64,000 bases of DNA, taken from NCBI RefSeq assembly GCF_963921235.1, contig NC_086097.1, forward strand, positions 76,262,001 through 76,326,000. The letters run 5' to 3'. Source of the DNA: Mobula hypostoma (Eukaryota). The number at the start of each line of letters is the position of its first letter. Position 1 is the first letter of the stretch. Below, one piece after another: positions 53,892-64,000 of the stretch. A program made the translations under genes and the position numbers. The notes under the pieces were generated by a model. It was not told where the DNA came from and did not search any database. It worked only from the letters and a program-made list of their open reading frames with translations.

Positions 53892-54492
53892 CAGCCAATA
53901 CCTGCCAAAAGAACATCTGCAGGCATTCTGACCTCTGCAAGGGACTGGCAGCTGTTGGTGGACCTCGAAGGGCAGCTGAAGTTCCCCAACCATATCGCAG
54001 CCACCACCAGACATTGTCCTAGTGTTTGAGTCTACTAAGCAAGTGGTGCTGCTGGAGCTGACAGTCCCATGGGAAGATAGCTTGGAGGAGGCCTTTGAAA
54101 GGAAGCTCTCCAAGTACACAGGACTAGTCAGCAACTGTCAGCAGGCTGGATGGAGAGCGAGGTGTCTCCCAGTGGAGGTTGGTTGTAGGGGATTCATAGC
54201 CCGTTCTTTAGTTAGAGCCTTCAGCATTTTGGGCATCGAGGGAGAGAGGAAGAGGAGAGCCATCCGCAGTACCACCGATGCGACAGAAAGGGCCTCAAGA
54301 TGGCTGTGGCTCAAAGGAGGGGAGCCATGGAGTCATAATTAGCTAGCCATCTGGACACAAGCTGGGGTCTGATCAGCCCCGGTTGGGTCACCTGGAGGAG
54401 GTTGTATGATGTTGAAAGACCTGAAACACCCGATGATTCCAGGAACATCACTGAAGATGTGTCCAGAAGCATCAATAGATGTATGTACACAG
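53892..54492 (+). mobile_element. 5'-truncated HERO-type (R2-superfamily) non-LTR retrotransposon: RLE domain and structured 3' UTR
   Basis: 'WQLLVDL..QLKFP.HI', then 'PDIVLV..STKQVVLLELTVPWED..EEAFERKLSKY..L...C...GW.....PVEVGCRGF', a PD-(D/E)xK restriction-like endonuclease. Stop at 54340-54342. Confidence 0.88.
54350..54467 (+). ncRNA. Candidate non-circularly permuted hammerhead ribozyme with kink-turn
   Basis: Core CTGAAGA 54451-54457, GAAA 54423-54426, GTA 54404-54406. Stem I TGATGTT/AACATCA; stem II GGGTC/GACCT; stem III GGTTGT/ACACCC. Closing helix TCTGGACACA/TGTGTCCAGA. K-turn at 54391-54401 / 54430-54443. Confidence 0.65.
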
Positions 54493-54582
54493 CTAATTTT
54501 CCCTGGACGGGCAAAGTCAATCAGAATTCATTCAGAATGCTGCTGCTAGAGTCCTTACTAAGACCAAGGATGTAGAACATAT
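54493..54582 (+). repeat. Right copy of the 90-bp direct repeat
   Basis: See 53802-53891. Confidence 0.95.
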
Positions 54583-55066
54583 TACCAGTTCTCAGATTGC
54601 CACATTGGCTTTCTGTCCATCATTGTCTTTAAAATATTACTACTGGCTTATAAAGAGCTGAATGGTCCAGGGCCTAAATACATCTCTGATCTCTTGCCGC
54701 ATTATGAACCTTCCTGAGCTCTCGGGTCATCTGGGAGCGGGTCTGCTTACCGTCCCCAGGGTCAAAACTAAACATGGTGAAGCAGCTTTTGGTTACAATG
54801 CTCCACATATCTGGAATAACCTTCCAGATGACCTAAAGTCTAACCCAACTTTCAGCTCTTTTAAATCAAGGATTAAAACTTCTCTTTCTGCTGTAGCTTT
54901 TAATTAGAATCCCCTGCACTGTAACTTCCATTTATCATATCTACTTCTTGTGTGATTTTATTCTGTTGTATATTGTCTGAATTTAGTTGTTTGATTTTTA
55001 TATTTTCTTCTTTGGACTGCCTTGTATTTAAAAAGTGCTATGCAAATAAACTTGCTTGCTTGCTTG
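54525..55066 (+). mobile_element. L2-clade LINE 3' fragment (the target of the HERO insertion)
   Basis: 'IQNAAARVLTKTK..EHIT', 'HWL', 'FKILLL.YK.LNG', 'VPRVKTKHGEAAFGYNAPHIWNNLP'. Tail aataaa(cttg)n. Confidence 0.88.
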
Positions 55067-55134
55067 TTACTTTGGGAAACAATATTTGTGGTTATTGAGT
55101 GAAAATTAAATTGCTGCTTTAATGCTGTTTCACC

Positions 55135-55520
55135 TTAGTCAGTTAGTCAGTGGGTGCCGTCCTGAATCTGGGGTTGGTGGCTATGCACCTCCATTTTCTT
55201 CGATCTTGCACTCTTTTTCTGGCCTCAGCATAACTCAACCCAGTCCATTGCCTCACATTATCGTACCAAGTGGTTCGCTGCCTTCCTCTTTCCTTCTTTC
55301 CTTCTATCATCCCTTCCAGTAACAATTTCTGCAGTCCACTACCTCTTAACAAGTGCCCGGCATATTCCAGCTTCCTTTTCTGCACATTCTTCAGCAATTC
55401 CTTTTCTCTCCTCACTCTCTTCAACACTTCCATATTACTGACCTTCATCACCCATCTAATTTTCTGCATTGTCCTTAAACACCACATTTCAAATGCCTCC
55501 AGTCACCTTACTCATTCTGA
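55135..55520 (-). mobile_element. RTE-clade LINE 3' fragment
   Basis: ORF 55143..55487 'MWCLR.M.KI.W..KVSN.EVLKR...RKLEYAGH..R....LLLEG.IEGKK.RGRQRTTW.DN'. Tail (ctgactaa)n. Confidence 0.88.
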
Positions 55521-55679
55521 TGTTGTTCTGAAGGACTGTGCTTTTAAGGGAATGATTTCTTGTCTGCACTGGGAACAAGAGGAGACCTGTTCCTGAGACA
55601 TATACACAGATATTTCACACAGTATTTGATGCAGGTATTTATAATGGTTACTAACAAGAATTCTACTAATGCAAGATCA

Positions 55680-57670
55680 AGATTGGCATCATCAGTGGCG
55701 AGGACAAAGGAAGTATGTTTAAGGGAGGCACAGGAATGTTCACAGGACTGCCTTATGTTGGTGGACTGGACAATATTTAGGGATTCATCTTCAACTCTGA
55801 ATAAATACACGACAGTTGTGACAGACTTCGTCAAGTCTTGTGTAGATGAGTGTGTGCCTTTGAAAACATACTGGACATCCAAATCAAGAGATGTTTGATG
55901 AACCAGGAGATTAATAGTCTGCTGCAAGCAAGATCTGTGGCATTCAAGATGGGGATCAAAAATTATATAAGAAGTCCAGGTATGATCTCGGAAAGGCTAT
56001 TTTAAGAGCGAGGAAACAATTCTGATTAAAATTAGAGACAGAATTGAATTCATGTCACTCTGGCAGGTTTTGCAGGCCATCACTTCCTAACATCATGAAT
56101 AGCTGTGATGTTTCACGCCCAGATGAGCTCAACGACTTTTATGCATGCTTTGAAAGGGAGAATAAGACTGCACCTGTGTGAATCCTTGCAGCATCTAGTA
56201 ATCTTGTGATCTACGTGTCAGAATCCAATGGCAGAACATCTTTCAAAAGGGTGAACCCTTGCAAGGCGACAGGCCCTGATGGTGTATCTGGTCGGGCACT
56301 GAAAACCTGTACCAACCAACTTTCGAGAATGTTCAAGAACATCTTCATTCTCTCATTGCACAAGTTGGAGGTTCTCACCAACTTCAGAAGGCCGACAATC
56401 ATACCAGTGCCCAAGAAAAGCAGGGTGAGCTGCGTCAATGACTATCACCCAGTTCCACATATATTTACTGTAATGAAGTGCTTTGAGAGGTTAGTCATGG
56501 TCAGAATCAACTCCTGTTTAAGCTAAAATCTGGACCTGCTGCAAATTGACTATTCCCACAATGCAATTTCACTGACGCTTCACTTGGCCTTGGATCACCT
56601 AGACAATAGCAATACCTACATCAGGCTGCTGTTTATTGATTACAGCTCAGTGTTAAACACAATTATACCCTCAGTACTAATCAACAAGCTCTGAAACCTG
56701 GGTCTTTGTACCTCCCTCTGCAACTGGATCCTTGACTTCCTCACTGGGAGACCGCAGTCATTGCGGACCAGAAATAACATCTCCTCCTTGTTAACAATCA
56801 ACATTGACGCACCTCAAGGATGCATGCTTAGTCTACTACTCTACTCTCTCTATACCCATGATTGTGTGACTAGGCACTGCTCAAACACCACCTACGGATT
56901 TTTCATGCCACACCTAGTATTGGCAGGATTTCAGAAGTTGATGAGGAAAGGTACAGGAGAAAGATAGATCAGCTGGTTGAATGGTGTCACAACAACAACC
57001 TTGCACTCAATGTCAGTAACACTAAGGAATTGATTATGGACTTCAGGAAGGGGAAATCGAATAAACACACACTAGTCCTCATCAAGTGATCAGCACTTTC
57101 AAGTTCCTGGATCAGTATTTCTCAAGATACAATTACAAAGAAGGTACAGCTATATTTCATTAGGAGTTTGAAGAGACTTGGTATGTCATCAAAGACACTC
57201 GCAAATTTCTACAGATGTACCATGGAGAGCATTCTAACTGAGGTGCCATTGCACAGGATTGGAAAAAGCTGCAGAAAATTGTAAACTCTGCCTGCTGCAT
57301 CATAGGCATTAGCATTTCCAGCATCCAGGACACATTCAAAAGTCAACGCCTTGAAAAGATGGCATCAAGGACCTCCATCATGCAGGACGTGCCTTCCTCT
57401 CATGCTATCACCAAGAATGATGTACAGGTGCCTAAAGATACGCACTCAAAATTTCAGGAGCAGCTTCTTCCTCTCCACCATCATACTTCTGTATGGACAA
57501 TGAATCCATGAACAATTCTTTTGGCTCTGTTTTTGTATTACTTATTTAATTTAATTTTTAATATACCTATTGCAATATATCATTTTATTATGTATTGCAA
57601 TGTACTGCTGCCGCAAAACAATGAATTTTACAACATATGCCAGTGATATTAAACCTGATTGTGATTCTGA
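55680..57670 (+). mobile_element. Degraded Rex1/Babar-type LINE (tether, RT, 3' UTR)
   Basis: 'VNPCKATGPDGV', 'PVPKK..NDYHPV', '[13 protein letters not shown]', '[18 protein letters not shown]'. Tail attaaacctgattgtgattctgatt. Confidence 0.88.
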
Positions 57671-58132
57671 TTGGTGGCGTAGTGGACAGTGAAGAAGATT
57701 GTTCAAGGTAATGGTCACATGGGAAAATGGGAAAAGGAATGGCAGATGGAATTTAACTCAGTGTTCCTTCTTCAATGTTTGGCCAAAGTGTCTAATTTCC
57801 TAACCAGCCATATTGAAAGTCATAGAATTAAACAGTATGGGAACAGCCCTTAGGCCCGTCATGTTCATGATTTCTGCTCCACCCATTCACACTCATGCCA
57901 GTTACTACAATTCGATTGCTTGTCTCAGTGTTTCATCACTATTCTGGGAATATCTGAATTCACTGACACTTCAAGCAGAGTATTCCAGATACCAATCACG
58001 CTTTGTATGAAAAAAGCCCTCAGATCCACTCTAAACTTCCTACTGCTCACCTTACACCTATGTCCTATACACCACCCACAAGAGAAAAATTCTTACTATT
58101 TTATTTATCCCCTCATAATTTTATATAGTTCT

Positions 58133-59148
58133 TGTAATGAGCTCATTGGTCCTGTGTGGGGTGCCGAGAGTATTGGGTTCTGAGGTTTTTAACAGCACCT
58201 GAAATGGTTAATGGTTGTTTTACAAGAGTCACTAATCATATGAAGTTCCTTGTGCTTTTTTTTTGAGCAACCTGATTAATACGGTTTCCTGGTGCTTTTG
58301 TTAGGCTCGGGGATCCTGTGTTACTTGCTACTTGCGTTTTGACACTGGTCGGGTTTAGGTGAGAATGCCATTCTGAGTTTCTCAAGTTTATGTTCCAAGC
58401 GTTTTAGTCTAGGTTTCAAGGTTCTCAAGTCCACATTCCAACCTACTCTAATCTACTTTCTGAGTTTTCCGAGTCTAAGTGTCTCTGCCTAAGCATCCAA
58501 GGTTCTTAAAGTTGTCAAAGCTCTCCAAGTTTCTCATGGCCCTCCAGGTCTCCATGGACTTTTTAAGATTTTCAAGGTCTTTTTCAAAGTTCCCAAGGTT
58601 TTTTCAATATTTTCCCTGTCTTGAGGACTCCCAAGTCTCTCCTGAGGATCCCCAGGTCTCTCTCATCATCCCTGAATCTCGAGTTTTTAGGTCTCCCTGA
58701 ACCATCAGTTGCCAGCCATAGGGAAGGGGATACTGTAATAACCTCTTTGGGGCTGTGCAGGGCACTGGGAGCTTTGGGCTCTGAAGTTTTTAGAGCATTT
58801 GAAATGGTTAATGTGAATCGTTAATCCTTTGGAATTCCTTCTGTTTTTCTTGAGCGACTAGCTGTTTGAAATGCGGTCTCCTGGTGCTTTCTATTTAAGC
58901 TTGTTAAAATTATTTTGATAGGCTCAGGAATTCTGCATTACTTGTTACTTGTATTATTTAAGTGGATGCTTTATTAGCGCTAATCGTGGGGTCCCAGATT
59001 TGAGAATGTTACTTCTCACAGTGTCGCTTGGCTGAGCCACAGATGTTCATTCGGAATCATTATGAATAAACCCTGGTCGCTATCCCTACATTGGAGTCTA
59101 TCTTTCCTCCATACTTGCATGCCGATATGGCCAGTGCACACCATGACA
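58133..59148 (+). mobile_element. Internally deleted LTR retroelement (two diverged LTR copies and PPT)
   Basis: 5' copy begins TGTAATG at 58133. PPT agggaagggga 58720-58730 precedes the 3' copy, TGTAATA at 58734, which ends CATGACA at 59148 with AATAAA at ~59065. Both copies share ttggg.tctga.gttttta..gca..tgaaatggttaatg and ctggtgcttt. Confidence 0.7.
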
Positions 59149-59264
59149 CCTCTAGCTGGTCACTCCTCTGCCTCAGAGAAAATAAATTGTGCCTACCTAG
59201 ACTGACGTAATAACTATAATGTTCTAGTCTGTGGAACATCCTGATGAATCTCTTCTGCATTCTC

Positions 59265-59740
59265 AAAAGTTCAAAGTTCAAAGTAAGTTTATTATCTAGG
59301 TACACATATATATTACAGTAAATACAAGAAACACAACAGAAACAATGAAAGACCACACCCAACAGGAGAGACTACCAAGCAATGTGCAAATGCAAAAAGA
59401 AAGATAATAATAAATAAATAAACAATAAATATCAAGAGCATGAGATGATGAGACGCTGAAAGCCCACAGGTTCAGCGATGGGCCGAATGAAGTTATCCCC
59501 TCTGGTTCAAGAGCCTGGTGGTTGTTTCTCAGTCTGGTGGTGTGGGTCTTGAGGCTACTGTAGCTTCTTCCTGATGGCAGCAGTGAGAAGAGAGCATGGC
59601 CTGGATGGCGGGGGTCTGTGATGATTGATGCTGCTCTCCTGCGACTGTACTCTGTGTAGAGGGCTCTACCTGTGAGGGACATATCTACTACATTTTGAAG
59701 GCTTTTCTGTTCAAGGACATTGGTGTTTCCATACCAGGCT
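59265..59740 (-). mobile_element. Rex1/Babar-type LINE 3' fragment
   Basis: 'AWYGNT...LQNVV..RAASIITDPRHPGHALFSLLPSGRSYSSLKTHTTRLRN'. Tail (tttgaac)n. Confidence 0.85.
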
Positions 59741-60218
59741 CTCCAGCACCATCTCGTTTTCCTAAGTGCTGTGACCAGAACTGGCCTAACCATTATTTTA
59801 TAAAGTTGTAACATGACATTTTAAGTCATATATTCTATATCAGGGCTAATGAAGGCAACTCCCATATATCTTCTTCACCACCTTGTACATTCTGCAACTT
59901 TCAAGGATCTATGGGCTCATACCCTGACATCCCTCTGTTTATCAATATACCTCTATGATTTACCGTAAATGTCCTTCCCTTGATTGCCTTCTCAAAATGA
60001 ATCAACCTGCACTTGACAGTAGAGAGCATGCTCATTCCACAAATCACAGTCTACTCAAAATAAAGCTTGTAATTAGAAACAAGTGCAAGTATGAACAAAA
60101 AATAGAAAAGAAGGCTGCGGCAGTTCGTTGCTTAATGTTCATGAGCTGGCAAATTCCTATCAATAGCATTTCCAGTGCTCAAAGATCACGTGCATTTTTA
60201 ATGAGGTTAATACTAGAA

Positions 60219-62689
60219 CAATGATTCCCAAAGTGGGGGATATTACCCCGCTGGAGGCAGTGTGGGTGATAAAAAGATAAAGGGGGTGCTTGCTAGCAAG
60301 GGAGGCAGCTGAGGGATTACAGGCTTACATTAAGAAATTAATTATTTTTAATAAGCATTTGATCCTTAGTGCCTCACAATTGATTATAATATTCATGTAA
60401 TCACCTCATCTCTTGCTAATCCATTGTTCTCTTAGACTTTGCTCGAAACAAGTTATAGTCATTAAGAAGCAATGTGACACTTCTGTATCTGTCATACCAT
60501 GAGAAACCTGGACTGAAAAAATTGTGTTATTTCCAGGCTCAGCCCATGCATTCACTACTGTAGTACAGTGAAAGCTAGTACGATTCCTATACTCTATTCA
60601 CTCAGTGACACAATTCCTGTGAATAAGAGTAAGGCGTTCAATGGGGTGAAGTTCAGAACCTGCCCTTTTGAACGGTCTTGATCACATTACTCTACCCACG
60701 GCCCACTTTTTGTATTTTCAGACAGAGAGTCAAGATTTGCCTGAACTATCACAACATCATAACTTCTCCTTTATTGATCACGGTGCTTGAGATTGGACTT
60801 AAGCAATAGGTGATTGACTGTGGTCGTCACTCCATAAAGAAAATGACAAAAGCAGATCAAATAAAAAAAGTGTGGACAGAATAATGTGGTGTATCTGAAA
60901 TGTAGATTTATACCAGCACCAAGCAACTAACAGCAGCCAATGTGTCTTGTGTGAAAAAGTTTTTTCACATGAGGAAGTGAAACAGTCCAGGCTCCTTGAA
61001 CACTTGAAGAGAATGCACTCTGATAAAGCAAACAAGAACTTGGCTTATTTTCAGTCACTTTGCGAAAACTTCCAGAAATGGAAAACATTGCAAAACATGT
61101 TTGCCAATACTTCACACCAAAACAATGATGGTTTGCGTGCTTCATACAATGTTTTACTGCTAAATCTGAAAAGCTGCATACAATTGGAGAAGAACTGATT
61201 CTGCCAACATTAATCGAGGTTCTGAGTACAGTTTTACATGAGTTACCAAACCAAATAATTAAAGTGATTAATATTTCAGTTCATTGGGCAATTGTTCAAA
61301 GAAAGGGAAATTCCACTCAGTATCCTTGCTTGGGCAACAGATGGGCATCATCAATGACAGATTGCTACTATGTGTTTATTACTTTCTTGAAGAAAACTGT
61401 AACAAACATATTCATCATTCACTGTGTAATTCACAGACACCTTGACAGAATATAAACCTGCGATTGGCTGCACAAGTCATTAAATACTGTTATTACAGTG
61501 GTAAATAAAATCAAGTCCTATGCACTGAATTCTTGAGTATATGGAGAGCTTTGTATTGAGAATGATGAACAGTTTGAACACTTGTTGTTGCACACAAAAA
61601 TAAGATGGCTGTCAAAAGAAAACTGCCTGAGATGCTTTTATGCACTTTTTGAATCTGTGATAAAAATCTTTGAAGATTCAAAGGCTTCATTCAGTAATAA
61701 ACTCAAGAATATATTGCATAACATTGCTTATTTGTCAGAATTATAGTATTTGCAAAGTTCCATGAAATTAGTCTTCAATTGCAAGGAACTGATGTGAACC
61801 TTATCAATGTCAAATCAGTCGTCTCCATGTTTCTGTCCAAGTTAGCCCTATTTAAGTGCAACACTGGCCACTGTGACCTTTTCCAATTCCTGAGCTTCTC
61901 AGAGTTGGAAGAGAAAGAAAGAATACCAGATGATGATCTTCAAGTATATTGTGCCCACCAGTGCGAGCTGCATAGAGACATGTCAGGCAGCTTTCAGGAT
62001 CTTCTCTCGATCCAAATTCCAGATTGGGAAATAAATCCATTCCTTTAGCACTTGTAATGAGGAAGTAGGATGGATTTATCCCAAGGAAAGGAAGGATGGA
62101 GGAAGAACTGATCTTGCTACAAAGTGACTTTGAGCAGAAGCAGAGGTTCAAAAAATCATATCATGACTTTAGGTTGCAGAAAGAATTCTCTGAATGCTAT
62201 ACTGCACTGTGGAAAAATGTCAAGATGTTCATTATTGTCTTTCCAACAATTTAGTGGAGTGCAGTTGCTCAAATTCTTTCAAAGCAATGAAACAGACAGC
62301 AAATTACTGAACATGGGGATCTGAGACTCCTTCTGAATGACATTGTCTGATGTTGAGAAGCTGATGTCACTGCCCCAAGCCCATCCACCTCATTGAAAGG
62401 TGAAAAAGCAATGAAGTAGTGGACTACTAATGTACACTCTAAAATAGTTGAGAAAATTGTATTTATTATGATTAAAGAAATAATTTTATTTGCAGCTTTA
62501 AATAGATTTGAATATTTTTTGCAATTATTTGTCACTGCTTTGAATTTGCAGTTCCTATTTTCTTTCACTGTGCATCACAATCAAGATTCTTTATAGCTTT
62601 TATGTAATGGCCAGAAATGGGGAGAGGGGCACTGGGGATGTTGTTTGGAAGCCAAGGGGGCAGTAACCAAAAAAGTTTGGGAACCACTG
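60219..62689 (+). mobile_element. hAT (Charlie/Buster-like) DNA transposon with degraded, internally deleted transposase
   Basis: TIRs caatgattcccaaa / tttgggaaccactg; 8-bp TSD tactagaa / ttctagaa. BED-like 'PMCLVCEKVFS..LLEHLKRMH', 'TDG'-like, 'IHCVIHR', 'LLLHTKIRWLSK', 'LQLQG'. Confidence 0.92.
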
Positions 62690-64000
62690 TTCTAGAAGAT
62701 GCAGAGGAGATTAATGTTGTTGAATGGAGGTCCTAACTAAGGATAATGCCTCTATGGAAAATCCAGACTACAAAGCGAAACTGCAATAGACAGGATCACC
62801 ATAGTAGTGGGTCCTTTCAGGTTTCACTGGAAACATGGTTTTCTGTAGCACCTTTAAAAATACCACTGTTAAATCTGAAACACTGTCTTCTAACACTATA
62901 ACATTATTTTTTTCTGACACCCAATAAACCAAAGCCATAAAATGTTGAAATTATGCAGCCCCTGTCTTCTACTGCCATGGCAACAAATAGATTTCACATC
63001 ATGTTCAGTTTCCAAGCTATTTATGATTTCCCTCGTGTACCTATCAGAGTGAAGATAGTGCTTACCTCCTACTGAGCTAGCTCGGAATACTAACGGCTGA
63101 GAATAATTAAACAGCCCGTGGTGGACTACTGACATAATGTATCTTTAGCACGTGGCTCCAGTATGACTACATATACATAGTACTCCATATATTGAAAATG
63201 CTCACATTTTCTTGCTCAACTCTCACACTTTACTACAACTCACAATTTAAAACACCATATACTTCAGACTCAAGTGCATAGCAGTTTTTACCCTGTGTGT
63301 TCATTTTTACAGGTAAATCAACTAACTGGGACTGCATAAAGTTACATTCCTTTCATCTGTGTAAAAAGAGAATATTCTAATATCAATCTGTAAGGAACAT
63401 ACAGCCACGGATATTTTTAAAAAGTATCTGGACAAGTTTCAGCAAGAAAAAGTAGTGTGTTAGAAATGTCTATTAATGTAAGTTATTATTCTGTCTGTAG
63501 TGTTTTGAATTTAAAAAAAGTTACAGAGAGCTGAGCTTAATCAGGCATACTAAGTAAACATTGACACTGACATTATATTTTAACTTTGTAATGCTTTTAA
63601 AGATATTAACAATGTATCCTAATATACAATTAAATGTTAACATGCTGTTATGAGTGCATCTAACATTGCATTGCATAATTTGTCTGGTTTCTGGAAACTG
63701 TAGTCCTGCAGTCTCTCTTAATCCTTGAGAGTTGTATATTTTCAATTAGCATTTTGGGGGTTTGTTGGTTCAGACCAGACACAGTATTGATAATAATGAA
63801 GAAGACGCCCAGATGTTCATTTCCAATTAACCTATACTCTGTGTAACTAAGTCACATGGTAGCAACTTCCTGTAGTGTAATAGATCAATCAGGTGCATTA
63901 AAGCTTTTTATTGCCGTCACGCCTTTTGGAAGAGCTTATTTCAATTGTTACTTGCAGATCCACTGGGATAGCAGTGGGTGAAACACGAGCAGCAATAGTG

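Larger units (their letters stand above)
57815..59990 (-). mobile_element. CR1 3' fragment split by an LTR element and a Rex-type insertion
   Basis: CR1 tail at ~57815. Sequence breaks at 58132 and resumes at 59149 (cctctagctggtcac); breaks at ~59265 and resumes at ~59740 ('MLQLYKIMVRPVL'). Confidence 0.75.

Noticed and set aside
54369..54375. CTGATCA as an alternative hammerhead core
   Set aside because: G8 is replaced by C with no compensating change and there is no stem I partner; CTGAAGA at 54451 fits all pairings.
54404..54436. SECIS element (ATGA...AAA...GA)
   Set aside because: Spacing and helix II do not fit, there is no selenoprotein ORF, and the hammerhead/K-turn model explains the pairings better.
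53802..54582. Direct repeats read as LTRs or CRISPR repeats
   Set aside because: No TG...CA ends, PBS or PPT; only two copies; the repeat includes part of an unrelated L2; eukaryotic context.
60947..62324. Domesticated ZBED/SCAND3-like gene
   Set aside because: Multiple stops and frameshifts with TIRs and TSD retained indicate a dead transposon.

Overview
AT-rich eukaryotic DNA, dominated by transposable elements, with no recognisable host protein-coding exon, so it is probably a large intron or intergenic region. The repeat inventory points to a cartilaginous fish, probably a ray (inference). It includes many nested CR1 LINEs, Rex1/Babar LINEs, L2, RTE, Penelope-like elements, a HERO-type RLE retrotransposon, tRNA-derived SINEs, Tc1, Tigger/pogo and hAT DNA transposons, and a deleted LTR element. 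Every protein-like ORF in the track maps to a TE relic. The most striking signal is in the 3' UTR of a young, 5'-truncated HERO element (53892-54492) flanked by a 90-bp direct duplication. At 54350-54467 all hammerhead ribozyme core nucleotides and all three core stems are present, but in a non-circularly permuted, pseudoknotted order, and a canonical kink-turn is positioned to fold them together. Separately, at least six Penelope-associated minimal hammerhead motifs occur, all eroded, mostly at CpG sites. Most TE boundaries are approximate unless TSDs or TIRs are quoted.
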